A model generated the notes under the pieces. That model was not told the DNA's origin, did not search any database, and saw nothing but the letters and a program-made list of their open reading frames with translations. This document shows, one piece after another, positions 63,088-64,000 of a stretch of 64,000 nucleotides of DNA. The DNA comes from a virus (lineage: Duplodnaviria > Heunggongvirae > Uroviricota > Caudoviricetes): IMG/VR virus record IMGVR_UViG_3300028577_000006. One strand, written 5' to 3'. Position numbers and translations under genes: made by a program. Each line of letters opens with the position of its first letter. Positions within the stretch are counted from its first letter, which is position 1.

Positions 63088-64000
63088 ATGGTGCAGACGA
63101 GTCAGGAGAAGTTGTTGGGCGAAGCGAGTGAGCTTCAGTCGTTGCTCCGCCAGAAGGTGAGCACCGCGTACGGCGTCAAGCGCGGACTGGAGCAGGAGCG
63201 CGATGCGGCCACGCAGCTCCTGGTGAAGCTGCGTGCCGAGCACGCTTCGTTCATCGCGCAGGCAGCGATCCGCGACGCCTCGGCGAAGGAGATCGAGGTG
63301 CAGGTCGCGCGACTGAGCGAGCAGATCGTCGGACTGGGCGCCGTGTTGCAGTCGGTGCACGACGGCGGTCTGGTCAAGGCTCCCGCCGGCAAGCTCGCTC
63401 TTCCGTCGAAGACCGCGCAGCCCATGAAGTCGCCGACGAAGGGGTCGCGGTACGTGGCCACCGGAGCAGCGCGTCGCAGCATGCAGGGCGCTGAAGAGCG
63501 TCGCCAAGCGGTCGTCGCCGTGTGTGCGGCGAAGCCTTCGAGCATGGGCGATCTGCGCACGGCGTTCCCGAAGCTGACGGGCAACACGCTCCGGCCGATA
63601 GTGTCGCTCATGGTCACCGAGGGTCGCCTCAGGCGGACGGGCGAAGCGGGGTCGTACCTGTACGTGCCCGGTCCGAAGGGTCCGCCGAAGGACTTCGAGA
63701 AGCGGCTTCCGCCGCCCGCGCCGGGCCTCGTGGAGAAGACTTCGAAGCCGGCGGCGACGGGTGAGCCGACGTTGCGCGACAACATTCTCCGCGTCTGCGT
63801 GGAGAAGGGACCGCTGACGGCGTTGGATCTGTACCCGATCTTCCCGAAGGCGAATCGGCACACGATCCAGTCCGCGCTCAGCGAGCTGGTGTCGCGCGGC
63901 AAGCTCTCGCATGCGAAGCAGACGGGAGAGCGCTTCTTCTCGTACGGCCCGCCCTCGATGCGCGTCGTGACGGCCGCGCCGAGCGGATCGGCGCCGAAGC
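63088..64000 (+). CDS. Coiled-coil plus tandem winged-helix DNA-binding protein (runs off the window; absent from the ORF track)
   Basis: Hand translation MVQTSQEKLL...; two units 'V..VC...P..M.DL...FPK...NTLR..VS.MV.EG.L' and 'IL.VC.EKGP.T..DL...FPK...HTIQ..LS.LV..G.L'. Confidence 0.7.
   Translation, partial: MVQTSQEKLLGEASELQSLLRQKVSTAYGVKRGLEQERDAATQLLVKLRAEHASFIAQAAIRDASAKEIEVQVARLSEQIVGLGAVLQSVHDGGLVKAPAGKLALPSKTAQPMKSPTKGSRYVATGAARRSMQGAEERRQAVVAVCAAKPSSMGDLRTAFPKLTGNTLRPIVSLMVTEGRLRRTGEAGSYLYVPGPKGPPKDFEKRLPPPAPGLVEKTSKPAATGEPTLRDNILRVCVEKGPLTALDLYPIFPKANRHTIQSALSELVSRGKLSHAKQTGERFFSYGPPSMRVVTAAPSGSAPK

Larger units (their letters stand above)
1..64000. mobile_element. Segment of a large phage or phage-like mobile element; boundaries lie outside the window
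   Basis: About 130 short overlapping ORFs, mostly unknown, with phage-type accessory genes (Rnl2, NAMPT/NMNAT, Thg1, HNH, DUF4326, muramidase). No housekeeping operons; no structural genes seen. Confidence 0.75.

Noticed and set aside
1-64000. CRISPR array, tRNA, rRNA, capsid/terminase/portal genes
   Set aside because: No regularly spaced direct repeats, cloverleaf with T-loop consensus or recognisable structural proteins were seen by eye. tRNAscan-SE and HMM searches would be needed to exclude divergent ones.

Overview
High-GC (about 65% by eye), very gene-dense 64 kb segment. It reads as part of a large (jumbo-like) phage or phage-like mobile element, not a core chromosome: roughly 130 mostly short ORFs, tightly coupled (ATGA/GTGA overlaps), with isolated host-type genes scattered among them. 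The host is probably Myxococcota (inference from GC content and an AT-hook/winged-helix nucleoid-type protein). No capsid, portal, terminase, tRNA, rRNA or CRISPR array was recognised. Recognisable genes: rfbB, HNH nuclease, M23 peptidase, DUF3380-type muramidase, dual-specificity phosphatase, SGNH hydrolase, dnaK, higBA, divergent tyrosine recombinase, 5'-3' exonuclease, YggL-like protein, HerA-like ATPase, DNA methyltransferase, GHKL ATPase-metallopeptidase fusion and DUF2786. There is also a counter-defence-like kit: NAD salvage (NMNAT-Nudix + NAMPT) flanking an ADP-ribosylglycohydrolase and a histidine phosphatase, plus RNA repair (Rnl2 ligase, two cyclic-phosphate-processing receiver domains, Thg1). 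The most novel signal is non-coding. (1) Eight promoters at 49.6-63.1 kb, seven of them TTGACR-N16-TANNNT, are each followed by a covarying 5'-leader hairpin with the loop C[NNACAH]G just before the ribosome-binding site. (2) A TGTC-N-GACA palindrome is concentrated in intergenic promoter regions across the window. (3) A second intergenic motif, KAGCWT-NCGACACAC, recurs six times. (4) A separate class of genes appears to be leaderless. All family calls come from motif recognition by eye; no database searches were run. Many start codons were moved from the ORF track to the most plausible start.
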